A DNA stretch of 64,000 nt from a virus. Below are positions 35,701 through 43,462 of the stretch, piece after piece (within the stretch, counting starts at the first letter, position 1; each line of letters starts with the position of its first letter). The DNA lies in IMG/VR virus record IMGVR_UViG_3300013117_000371; one strand, written 5' to 3'. Made by a program: the position numbers and the translations under genes. The notes under the pieces are model-generated. The model made no database searches. It had not been told where the DNA came from and saw nothing but the letters and a program-made list of their open reading frames with translations.

Positions 35701-38324
35701 GAAGAGAAGAGGCCGGCGTCGTCGTATAGCGGGTACCCGGAGGCGGCCGTGTAGAACAACGGGTCGGGAACAGCAGCGGCCAGGGAGGCCTTCATGTCCG
35801 ACACTGCCGAGTCCCAGGTAACCAAGCGTCCATGCCGCCCACCAAGGAAGGCACCGTGGAACAGGTCCCCGGGAGTCGTGTCGTCCTCGTAGAAGGGCAG
35901 CCCCAACATGAGAGTGTCCGACTCTCCTCGAGTGTCGTCGTGGACGCTGTCGGCGTAGTGCCGTAACGTCATCACCGGCGCCAAGGCGTAGCTCCACCAC
36001 CCGGTGAAGCTCTGCCAGGGGCGAATGGTGACGTCAGCGTAGTCCTTGTTATCCTCCTGGAAGATGAGGTTGTCCTGCTCCTGCCCGAAGTCCGCCCCCT
36101 CCCAACTGATCCGGGCGATGCGGGTGAAGTCGTCAGCAGTGGGCCCAGTGGGTGGGCTGGCCGGGTCGTAGATGCGGGCGTGGAGGAAGTCGACAATTGG
36201 CGTCCCCACCCCTGCAGTATGCCCACTCCACCCCAAGAAGGCTGCTGCAGCATTGTCCGGGTGGTACTGCACACCCCCGGAATTGGCGTCCAGCGGCGGC
36301 GCGGAGAAAGTATGGTAGGCCTGGTGGCCATAGTTACCGGCCGTTATCAATTCCGCCGGAGGAGTCCCCACTGTGTATAGAGGCTGGAAGACAACCAGGG
36401 TGTACCCGGTGTCCCAGTCCTGCACGTCCGTCTGGAAGTAGACGTCCAAAGACTCAGCAGCGCCGCCCGGTCCCCAATCACGGAGCTGCACGTAACCAAT
36501 CTGGTAGTCGTCGGAGCCGGTCCGTTTCATCAACACGACGGAACCTCGACCATCGTGAGCGTTGTCCCTGAGCGCCAGGGGGAACAATTCCCCCGCAAGA
36601 CCTCGGCTCAACAGCGCCCGTCGAGCGGCCATTACGGTCATATCCAAGCTGGACGTGACCTCGCCCACAAAGATGGCTGACAAGTAGGTAAGCGGGGCGT
36701 ACCCGGTTGCCGGCGCCAGAGAGTAGCCGAGGGGGGTGTTCTCTTGCAGCAGCTCGCCCAGGTTGGGGACGTTACCGTCACCCGTGTCCCGGGCGTAGAT
36801 GCGAAGCATGGTCCGGTTGACGTCGCCGGTATCTTCGGCTGCCCCCTCTTCCGTGTACAGTTCTACTGCGCCCCCGTCGATGTGGATAACCCGCCCCTTC
36901 CCGGGCGTACCGGTAGTAGGCTGCTCGTACGAAGCGCCAAAGGGATAATCCCGTTCCGGGTCCATACGGTAGATCCCGTCAAGGTCGGCAGTGTTGAGGC
37001 GTCGGTGAATACTCTCGATGCTGTCCGAAGGCGGGTACCTCCAATCGTACTCCTGGAGGTCTGCCACCCCCCACCCAGTGGTGAAGCCCTTGAGCTCCTT
37101 GATATGGCGCACAACTTGGGAGTCGGTGAGCACGGTGAGTTGGTCAGCGCCGAACAGAGTGATGGACTTGTCCAGTAGGCGGGTCAGGTCCATCACCCGC
37201 ACCCCTGCGCCGATGATTTGACCGTTGGTCACTGGGTTGACTGGGAAGTTGTCAGTCAAGGTGACCATGGGGTTGACGGCGCACTTCCCCAGGGTGCGGA
37301 ATTGGATGGTCCCCAAGTTGGTGTCGTTCTCCACCATGACCGTGGGGGCCGCCTCCTTCCAAGCGTTTTCGATGGACCACTCAGGTAAACTCCCAGCCAG
37401 GTACAGGTCAGTGGACATGAGGGCGAGAACAACGTCATTGTCGGCAACTTCCACTACCAGGTAGGTGCCGTTGTTGTTGTCTGACCCTGAAATGGTAGCG
37501 AAGATACCTGGCATGACGTGGTTGGGGCCTTGAACTTCATAGTCATCCAAGTTGCCGCAGGTCTCGCCCCCAATCATCCCACCGGCAAAGGTGAGCTGGT
37601 TAGCGATCACCCCCGTTACGATGCCGTAGTCGTCGGTTCGCTTGTTCCATACCACCCAACCGGCGACGACTGCGTCGGCGACAAAGTCGGCGGTGGCGTC
37701 CACCAAGGTAGTGGCGCTCCCCCCCGAAGCCGTCCCGGTGACCCGCTCTTCCACTGAAGAGGGGACGGACACCCCCCACTTGAACACACCGGTGATAGCG
37801 AAGGAGTTGATGACGTAGTCTTCAACATCTCCCCCGCCGTCGTACGCGGCAGTACCGTCCAAATGCTCAAGGTCGGAGATGAAGCAACGCACCCCCACGA
37901 ACTCTCCCACTTCGGGAATGACGATCTCCGCCCCGTCCTGGTCAAGCAAGTCCATGGTCGTTTCCAGTCCTGCCTGGGTGCCGGGGATGGCGATGGGCCG
38001 ATTGCTATACAGAGGCAACTCCGTAACGCCGATCCCCGCCACCACCAAGTGAGCGGCGTCGAACATGACCGTCCGCATGTAGAGGGCGGGCTCCTCCATT
38101 TGCAGGAGGATACGCTCCGTCTGGGCGCACATGGCCACAGCAAGGCGGTTCACTACGTCTGACGTTATATCCTCCCCATCGGCGACAAGGCGAGTGCCCA
38201 CCGGCTGCGCTTCGGAGGGAATCCACTTATTTCGTTCGGAATCGACATTGGCCAATACAACCGAAGGGACCGTGTTCCCGATCAGCATGGACAGGCGGAC
38301 AAATTCAGCGAGGGGATCGAACAT
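32763..38324 (-). CDS. Large virion protein, probable tail fibre/spike or distal baseplate component (1853 aa)
   Basis: Beta-rich, Gly/Asp/Thr rich; last gene of the tail module; carries one copy of a module shared with the wedge proteins. Confidence 0.75.
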   Translation of the reverse strand: MFDPLAEFVRLSMLIGNTVPSVVLANVDSERNKWIPSEAQPVGTRLVADGEDITSDVVNRLAVAMCAQTERILLQMEEPALYMRTVMFDAAHLVVAGIGVTELPLYSNRPIAIPGTQAGLETTMDLLDQDGAEIVIPEVGEFVGVRCFISDLEHLDGTAAYDGGGDVEDYVINSFAITGVFKWGVSVPSSVEERVTGTASGGSATTLVDATADFVADAVVAGWVVWNKRTDDYGIVTGVIANQLTFAGGMIGGETCGNLDDYEVQGPNHVMPGIFATISGSDNNNGTYLVVEVADNDVVLALMSTDLYLAGSLPEWSIENAWKEAAPTVMVENDTNLGTIQFRTLGKCAVNPMVTLTDNFPVNPVTNGQIIGAGVRVMDLTRLLDKSITLFGADQLTVLTDSQVVRHIKELKGFTTGWGVADLQEYDWRYPPSDSIESIHRRLNTADLDGIYRMDPERDYPFGASYEQPTTGTPGKGRVIHIDGGAVELYTEEGAAEDTGDVNRTMLRIYARDTGDGNVPNLGELLQENTPLGYSLAPATGYAPLTYLSAIFVGEVTSSLDMTVMAARRALLSRGLAGELFPLALRDNAHDGRGSVVLMKRTGSDDYQIGYVQLRDWGPGGAAESLDVYFQTDVQDWDTGYTLVVFQPLYTVGTPPAELITAGNYGHQAYHTFSAPPLDANSGGVQYHPDNAAAAFLGWSGHTAGVGTPIVDFLHARIYDPASPPTGPTADDFTRIARISWEGADFGQEQDNLIFQEDNKDYADVTIRPWQSFTGWWSYALAPVMTLRHYADSVHDDTRGESDTLMLGLPFYEDDTTPGDLFHGAFLGGRHGRLVTWDSAVSDMKASLAAAVPDPLFYTAASGYPLYDDAGLFSSGVALEMTAGGGGVLLITNLTAPELTVFREGEFERHNGCVLLTITQCTDVDKIGTYHVDNIVPATGAITISRGTTLSESFTPGDEAKGYLWTHTIMNDGLIPNLAMTGYHKRSEVQNIPSPLIRFPLQRVTVVGPMSVSFTQSGDYDDLIRLMATPTEWMFFNNTRNMYSMVTSVAVVAGTITINFENIVGAQATGDEMYVIHWNYVQDATQLRRGGEYIRTADVMASGQVRTIIADLTEGVPIAGYESLGVELGSLYHWSVIGKDISTAYTYSASAPPDDRYFSVHIAALSGQVNWMNMELAAGAGLGYILHTPVAGGAVIPMLTITDTVAGAWFEWEENAAGVPHLTISSPLIFNMAAEHWLDTPLRGQDGAHRYFLSFLSSLTTPDNNAHASYYYGNAALDIRGGYDLLGALLGAYGWVVYVPVTRDWAKVMDGVTDLHFARDFPAGSIDLTKAMEEAILWPAAYMGLFSAGGSPYVPTDRGDFFLRLYTNHVHHADVGFSDSFSVVGYGHPDFWDGTIAGSHPIELGLLAAGAENTLVWPWTTGDLKANLPGSYEEDNRAAPDGARRTSYVKPLVYFANQPNFAGHGFGQFTLQPATSDGAALFMMATKEVWSYTHTSTGTSVIRLPFERPVPGSLLQNVWWEFSARDDPVNVVPPPTENLTSATFRVFIEREGFVETSPMRHIGVFGVARGLTKRSGYDDLKTEKTLVCHYPDDWAGVNPEDPALPWMYNLYDAASGSLLTAAEATWAVTDVNNPGGRDCLAGLTLPHSRLGRDAGPSYPVWFPSTTIRAVGDHIDAFWNNYEGARVVVFNLAFDPTLTSLGVIANPFAVWGNVPLGGTYPLLSLRRSQIPKGDFLYVWYDEIGTGDRKLGTFPILGEAKATYPGAGNSAVVVFDPNGVIPAVGVVSAAVPALLGSTRLKIWLESYCGVVSPDMIVWLHHAEYEAIEVSQRFSLPIPLTTSYADWYHEEDVDFP

Positions 38325-38992
38325 TAGTGCCTCCAGTACCAGAGGACCTCGAAGATGTGGTCGATGCCCTTCGGGAACGGCTCGAGGATGTTGTAGGCGA
38401 TGCCTCCCGGCACGGACAGCCCGGAGTACTCGTCAACCGATGGCGGCCGGTAGGGATTGGCCAGAGAAGTCAAAGCCAGGATCTCACTGACCTCTACTGC
38501 CCCGGTGAGGCTCAACTCCGCCTTCTGCACCACGAAACGCAAGCAGAGCTCGGTAGCGGAAGGGAAGATGTACGGGTCGCTGGCGTCCGGTTGTGGGAGG
38601 GCCTGGGTCACGTACCTGTGGGTATACCCAGGTACGGCCGTAGCTGCTACGGGAAGGGGGGATTCCAAACCCCCTACGTTCTGATGCTCAGTATAGGCCC
38701 CGCCGTTGAGTAATCCCCCGCTGCCGAAGGCACAGTAGCGCAGCACGTGGGGGTCCAAGGCGTCATCAATCGACCACGACCCGTCCCCCGGGTACTCAGC
38801 AAAGGGGTTGCTGCCGGTTCCCGCCACTGTAGGAATGGCCGGGTAAGAGGCAGCCCCCAAGCGGTTACGGAGGTAGGTTCTGCCCGGGAGGGTGACGATG
38901 TTGTGGCTCTCCCGTCTGGCGATGATCTTACCCCGTTCCCGGATGATTATCTTGACGTTCGATTCAACCTGTACTTCTTCTACGATTCGCAT
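38324..38992 (-). CDS. Phage tail/baseplate-associated structural protein (222 aa)
   Basis: I...GKII.RRESHNIVT..GR.YL....AFGSG pattern typical of fibre-proximal genes; TAATG coupling. Confidence 0.65.
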   Translation of the reverse strand: MRIVEEVQVESNVKIIIRERGKIIARRESHNIVTLPGRTYLRNRLGAASYPAIPTVAGTGSNPFAEYPGDGSWSIDDALDPHVLRYCAFGSGGLLNGGAYTEHQNVGGLESPLPVAATAVPGYTHRYVTQALPQPDASDPYIFPSATELCLRFVVQKAELSLTGAVEVSEILALTSLANPYRPPSVDEYSGLSVPGGIAYNILEPFPKGIDHIFEVLWYWRH

Positions 38993-39009
38993 TAGAACCT
39001 CGCTTCCTT

Positions 39010-39038
39010 AGGCTAGCGCAACAACCCCTACCAGTCAA
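39010..39038 (-). promoter_or_regulatory. Candidate sigma70-type promoter TTGACT-N17-TAGCCT
   Basis: Occupies the 46-nt intergenic gap; exact 17-nt spacer; points at 38992. Confidence 0.6.
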
Positions 39039-42000
39039 CTATACAGAAAACGCCGCCGGCCAAGTAAAGCCGTTTCCGGCGCCGTCCTCCACCCGTACGT
39101 CAACCTCCCCCGTAAGTCCGGGAGGAAGTTGGGCGGTCGCCTCCGACAACGAAACCACTACGACCAGGGGGGAGGGCGTACCATTGAAAGTCACCACCAA
39201 CCCAGCCAGGTAGAAGTACCCCCACAAGGTACACACCCCCGCTGCCACGGTCGGCCGCAGGGAGATGGTTGGCCTTGGGTCTTCCAGGGAGTAAGGGTGC
39301 ACCGGGTAGTTCGGGGGGATCACTGACGCCGGGTTCACAAACTGGGCATGGGCCTGCGCTGCCGCTACAACCAAGAAGCCGCCTGGAACCTCCTCCGACA
39401 CTCGGTAGTCGGCGTGAACCATCGGCCCCAGGTACTTTATGTCGTCAGCGTGATGTCCCGGCATCCCCGAGGGGGGATAGAGTTGGAACTCGTCGCCCGC
39501 CGCGTTGGGAGCAAACGCCGCCGGCGGCACCGGCTCCATGTTTGCCGTAAAGACAAGGATGTCCCCAACCAAGCTCGCTACCAACCCCCAGGAGTCCTTG
39601 GTCAAGTTGTGGACTCGCCAACCTACACCAACGTGTAGTCTGAGCAACTCTGCGGCGTCCCACACCAACCTGTCCGGGCCCCCGCCGGTAGCTGTATGCG
39701 TCATCAACTGGTCGAAGGGGAAGTCGAAGATGCTCCCGTACCCGGGAATGAAGTAGACTTCGTCCTCGTCGGCAGGGGTGCCTCCCCCGTGCATGCCGTA
39801 GGCGAAGGTTACCCCCGTACCGTCCACTGCTGTTATCCAAGCGTAGTCACCCAAGGTGATGTCCACCATGACCCACCCTTTGTGCACCCCTGCCGCCTCT
39901 ACGTCCACGGAGAGGGTGGCGGCAGTAGCCGCCCCGGCCCCGACAACGCCGGCGTCCACCTGCTCCCCCACCAACCAGTGGGAGGGGTCATCGAACATGA
40001 AGGCCGTGCCCAGAATCACCGGGTGGTCGGGGTCCTCAAACGAAGTGGGCACATCCGCCACCAACTGCTGTGTGCGGAACTCAGGCCATTCAGTAGGGAG
40101 GACGTCGTCGCTCACTTCCAGCTGGGAAACCAACACGGCGTCTTGCCAGGCGGGTTTCATTCGCCTGAGTATGGCCGCCGCCATATCTTGAGACCCCACT
40201 TCGATGGCCTTCAACGTAGCCATGAAGGCGTGGTACTTGTCGAGATTGCCCACCAGCCCTGAGTAGGTCATCAAGAAGATAGCGTCGTCCCCGTCCAAAT
40301 AGTCGCACAGCTCCGTCGTGGTCTGGAGGAGGTGATGCCTCTCGTACACGTCCCCTACCGCAAAGTCGTCAGGAGTAGACGTCTCTACGGCGTGGGTCCT
40401 GCCCCAGATGTCCAGCAAAGAGAGGAAGTCCCCGGACTTCTCCATGATTACCGAAGTTTCCACAGCGAAGGGGGAGCCGGCAATGACCCCAAGGCTACGC
40501 TCCAAGACGTCCTTCACCGGCCCGGTAACGGCACCGCTGATCAAAGCCTTGACGATGGGCACCAACGACAGCTGACTCGGGTGCTCGTCCAGGTTGGGCA
40601 GTCCTACAAAGGGCCCGTAGAGGCGGGCGGCTTCGTAATTGTAGAGCAGGGCATGCTCCGCCCACAAGTTCTTGGTCGGCAAGTTGGTGAGGCTGAACGG
40701 GGTCTGGAATACAATGCTGGTCCCAGAGATCGTGTAGTCCTCGTTGAGGACGTAGCACAACTCCGTGAACAACAATGAGCGGCGCAGAACTGGGACTTCG
40801 AACACCCGCTCCGGCAGCGGCACCTGAGACGTCCGGTAGGCCCCAACACATTTCACTGTGGCCCCATTGAAGTACCAGGTCACGGGCGGGTAGAAGGCAA
40901 ACAGGTCGCCCACTTCCGAAACCACGCCGAGGTCGTCCTTCAACACTGCTATGTCATCGACGTAGAGGGGGCCGCTATCATCGGTGTACTGCACCCTGGC
41001 GAAGTCGCTGTTCCTGGTGACGTTGCGCACTACCCAGTCCTCAGTCACTTGGTACAAAGTGTTCAGGTTCTTGTTGGCGAAAGTGATGGCCGGCCCGTCC
41101 ACTGCCGTGGCTGTTTCCGTGCCTACTACCAGGGACGTCAAGGCGTCGTAGATGGAGAAGTAGAACCACCCCCCCTCCTTGGCGAAGATACGGGACAGGG
41201 CTGTCCCCCGAGACACCGCCGACGTCACCGGGTCGGTATAGGTCAAGTCCAACTCGAGGATGTCCCCGATAGCGAAGTCACTAAGGGAAGTGCCCAGGTT
41301 GACGTAGGAGAGGGCGTGCCACTCCAAAGGGGCGGTGACGTCCCGAAGTACCTTCCAGGGTGCTGCGTACGGCGCCGCCAGGGCGTCGCCGAGCACCAAG
41401 CTGTTAGTACTGGGGGTATCGACCTCCTTATACAGCCCCAGGGCATAGAGGTAATCCCCTGCCTCGATTTGGGCGCTGAACTGGGCGTACTTCGTAAGGA
41501 AAGCAGTGGAGGACTCCCCCTTCTCAGTGTACCCATAGAGCCCTTCGTCTATCAAAGTCTTGGCAACGAGGGCGTCATCGCAAGTGATGGTGCCCTCGTC
41601 CACTTTGGCGATAGTTGCGATGAAGTTCGGGCTCATCACGCCGATTTTCACCCCGGCGTAGTTGGCGGGGACAGCGCAAGTCGCTCGTGGAGTGGTGACG
41701 TCGCCGTCGTTGTCGTCCAACGGGGTGAGGTCGCCCACGATAACCCCCATGGGCACGACCCACTCGGCCTCAATGGGGGTGTCCAACTCCTCGTACATTT
41801 TGAACTGCATCCATTTGTGACGCAGGTACGTGGGCGCCCTATCCATGTGGATGTTCATGCGGTGCTGCACCGCCTGGAGCAGTTCGTTCGAGGTAAGGTG
41901 CGCCAATGCCCGCCAGGAGGCCTCCACAATGTCGCTGTTCGTCATCATGTTGAAGAAGGGCTGCGCTACCTGCTTCCTGATTGGGGAAACGTCTGGCTCA

Positions 42001-43244
42001 GCTCCGTACACGAGAGTGGCCTGGCCGACCCCCACGCCGTGGGACACGGACTCGCTCTCCATGCCCTCGGCGGAGACTATCAAGGCCGCTGAGTAGTACC
42101 CAGGCACGTCCGGAACGAAGATAGGGGACGCCTGTGTGGAGTCCACACCCCCGGATAAGTACGTCAACGCCAAGGCGTCGGGGGCGTCGTCGCCGGCGCC
42201 GCTGGGGGTCACCAGAGCAACCAGGGCGGCACTATAGTCGGCATTCAGGGAATCGGTCAAGATCCCCACCAACTCGCTGATCGTCGTGTACGTCCCGCCC
42301 CCGTCGTGGGCCAGTTGGATTTGAATGTCGCTGTCTGCGACGCTGACGACCAGGTCGGCAACCCCCACCGGCTTCGTGATGCCTACTCTGATGAGGTTCC
42401 CGCCCAATCCGGAGTCCACCGCTGTGAAAACGAGGGCGCCGTGGGTCAACGACGCCCGCGCCGACCCGGAGAGTACCGATAAGGACCCCTGCGGCGGGGA
42501 GAACGTCCAGGCGTAGGTCAAGTCCGCATCTGTAGGGTTCAAACTGCCCGAGCCGTCCAGTCGCACCAGCTCCTTCACCCGGGCACTGGTAGCCCCGGAG
42601 ATAACGGCGGTGGGGGGGATGCTGGTCTCTACGGCAACGCCCATCCGCAGAGAGGAGAACCCAGACAGCAGCGGCTCTTCCTTGGTCCCGTACACGTCGA
42701 GGTACACGAAGTCCTCGGTATCCCCAATGCTGTAAGGGAACCAGGAAGCAACTTCTTCGAAGCCCCCACCAGTTTGGCGAATATAGACCTTGACCAGCTC
42801 CGCCGAGAACACTATCCGCATAGTGAAGTTGGCGGCCATGATGGAGTCGGTAGCGGGGACCTTCTCGAAGGAGACCACCCCCTCGTTGCCCGCTGTGATC
42901 AACCCCAGCCCCTCCTGAGCCAAAAGCACCCCTCCGGACGGGCCAGAGACGTTGTAGAGCATGATGCCGACGTAGTTGGCTTTGGAGAGCACGGCCGGCA
43001 GCGCTGCCGGCACCACCGCCATTTCCAGGGTGGCCTGGTTCCCTACGGTAATGGGAATGGTCAAGGCCGCCCGTGAACCGGCACTGGACATGAGCCAGCG
43101 ACTGTTGGTATTATCATAGTAAATCTGGGTGGGGCCGACCACTATGATCGGGTCGGAGAAGCTGTCCACGAGGGAGTTCAAAGTGTCAGGGGGACCCAAT
43201 GACCAATCAAAAAGATCAAAGTTCACCGAAGTCGGATACGCCAT
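39039..43244 (-). CDS. Baseplate wedge-type structural protein with PKD and IPT/TIG Ig-like domains (1401 aa)
   Basis: PPTAVISG...LDGSGS.....LTYAWTF (PKD), C-terminal V.FNG.....V.....LPPGLTGEVDVRVE (IPT); downstream of baseplate J. Confidence 0.75.
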   Translation of the reverse strand: MAYPTSVNFDLFDWSLGPPDTLNSLVDSFSDPIIVVGPTQIYYDNTNSRWLMSSAGSRAALTIPITVGNQATLEMAVVPAALPAVLSKANYVGIMLYNVSGPSGGVLLAQEGLGLITAGNEGVVSFEKVPATDSIMAANFTMRIVFSAELVKVYIRQTGGGFEEVASWFPYSIGDTEDFVYLDVYGTKEEPLLSGFSSLRMGVAVETSIPPTAVISGATSARVKELVRLDGSGSLNPTDADLTYAWTFSPPQGSLSVLSGSARASLTHGALVFTAVDSGLGGNLIRVGITKPVGVADLVVSVADSDIQIQLAHDGGGTYTTISELVGILTDSLNADYSAALVALVTPSGAGDDAPDALALTYLSGGVDSTQASPIFVPDVPGYYSAALIVSAEGMESESVSHGVGVGQATLVYGAEPDVSPIRKQVAQPFFNMMTNSDIVEASWRALAHLTSNELLQAVQHRMNIHMDRAPTYLRHKWMQFKMYEELDTPIEAEWVVPMGVIVGDLTPLDDNDGDVTTPRATCAVPANYAGVKIGVMSPNFIATIAKVDEGTITCDDALVAKTLIDEGLYGYTEKGESSTAFLTKYAQFSAQIEAGDYLYALGLYKEVDTPSTNSLVLGDALAAPYAAPWKVLRDVTAPLEWHALSYVNLGTSLSDFAIGDILELDLTYTDPVTSAVSRGTALSRIFAKEGGWFYFSIYDALTSLVVGTETATAVDGPAITFANKNLNTLYQVTEDWVVRNVTRNSDFARVQYTDDSGPLYVDDIAVLKDDLGVVSEVGDLFAFYPPVTWYFNGATVKCVGAYRTSQVPLPERVFEVPVLRRSLLFTELCYVLNEDYTISGTSIVFQTPFSLTNLPTKNLWAEHALLYNYEAARLYGPFVGLPNLDEHPSQLSLVPIVKALISGAVTGPVKDVLERSLGVIAGSPFAVETSVIMEKSGDFLSLLDIWGRTHAVETSTPDDFAVGDVYERHHLLQTTTELCDYLDGDDAIFLMTYSGLVGNLDKYHAFMATLKAIEVGSQDMAAAILRRMKPAWQDAVLVSQLEVSDDVLPTEWPEFRTQQLVADVPTSFEDPDHPVILGTAFMFDDPSHWLVGEQVDAGVVGAGAATAATLSVDVEAAGVHKGWVMVDITLGDYAWITAVDGTGVTFAYGMHGGGTPADEDEVYFIPGYGSIFDFPFDQLMTHTATGGGPDRLVWDAAELLRLHVGVGWRVHNLTKDSWGLVASLVGDILVFTANMEPVPPAAFAPNAAGDEFQLYPPSGMPGHHADDIKYLGPMVHADYRVSEEVPGGFLVVAAAQAHAQFVNPASVIPPNYPVHPYSLEDPRPTISLRPTVAAGVCTLWGYFYLAGLVVTFNGTPSPLVVVVSLSEATAQLPPGLTGEVDVRVEDGAGNGFTWPAAFSV

Positions 43245-43462
43245 TGGTCACCATGCCAACATCAATAAAAGAGGAGCTCCTCGAGGGCGTCCCCAACTTG
43301 CTCACTGACGCCCCCCATATCCACACCCGCTGCTCAAAATGCGGGCGTACGGACTCCACCTACCGGTTCTCCGCCGGGGAGGTAGGTGAGCTCCTTGAAG
43401 TTGAGGTATGCCTCCACTGCGGAAACGAGAAGGGGGCTGCCCCTATGATCCCGCAAAGATAA
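43199..43462 (+). CDS. Small zinc-ribbon protein antisense to the baseplate operon
   Basis: CSKC...CLHC; fills the 198-nt gap between two - strand genes; starts at ATG 43199 (SD AGGGGG) or ATG 43253. Confidence 0.55.
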   Translation: MTNQKDQSSPKSDTPLVTMPTSIKEELLEGVPNLLTDAPHIHTRCSKCGRTDSTYRFSAGEVGELLEVEVCLHCGNEKGAAPMIPQR

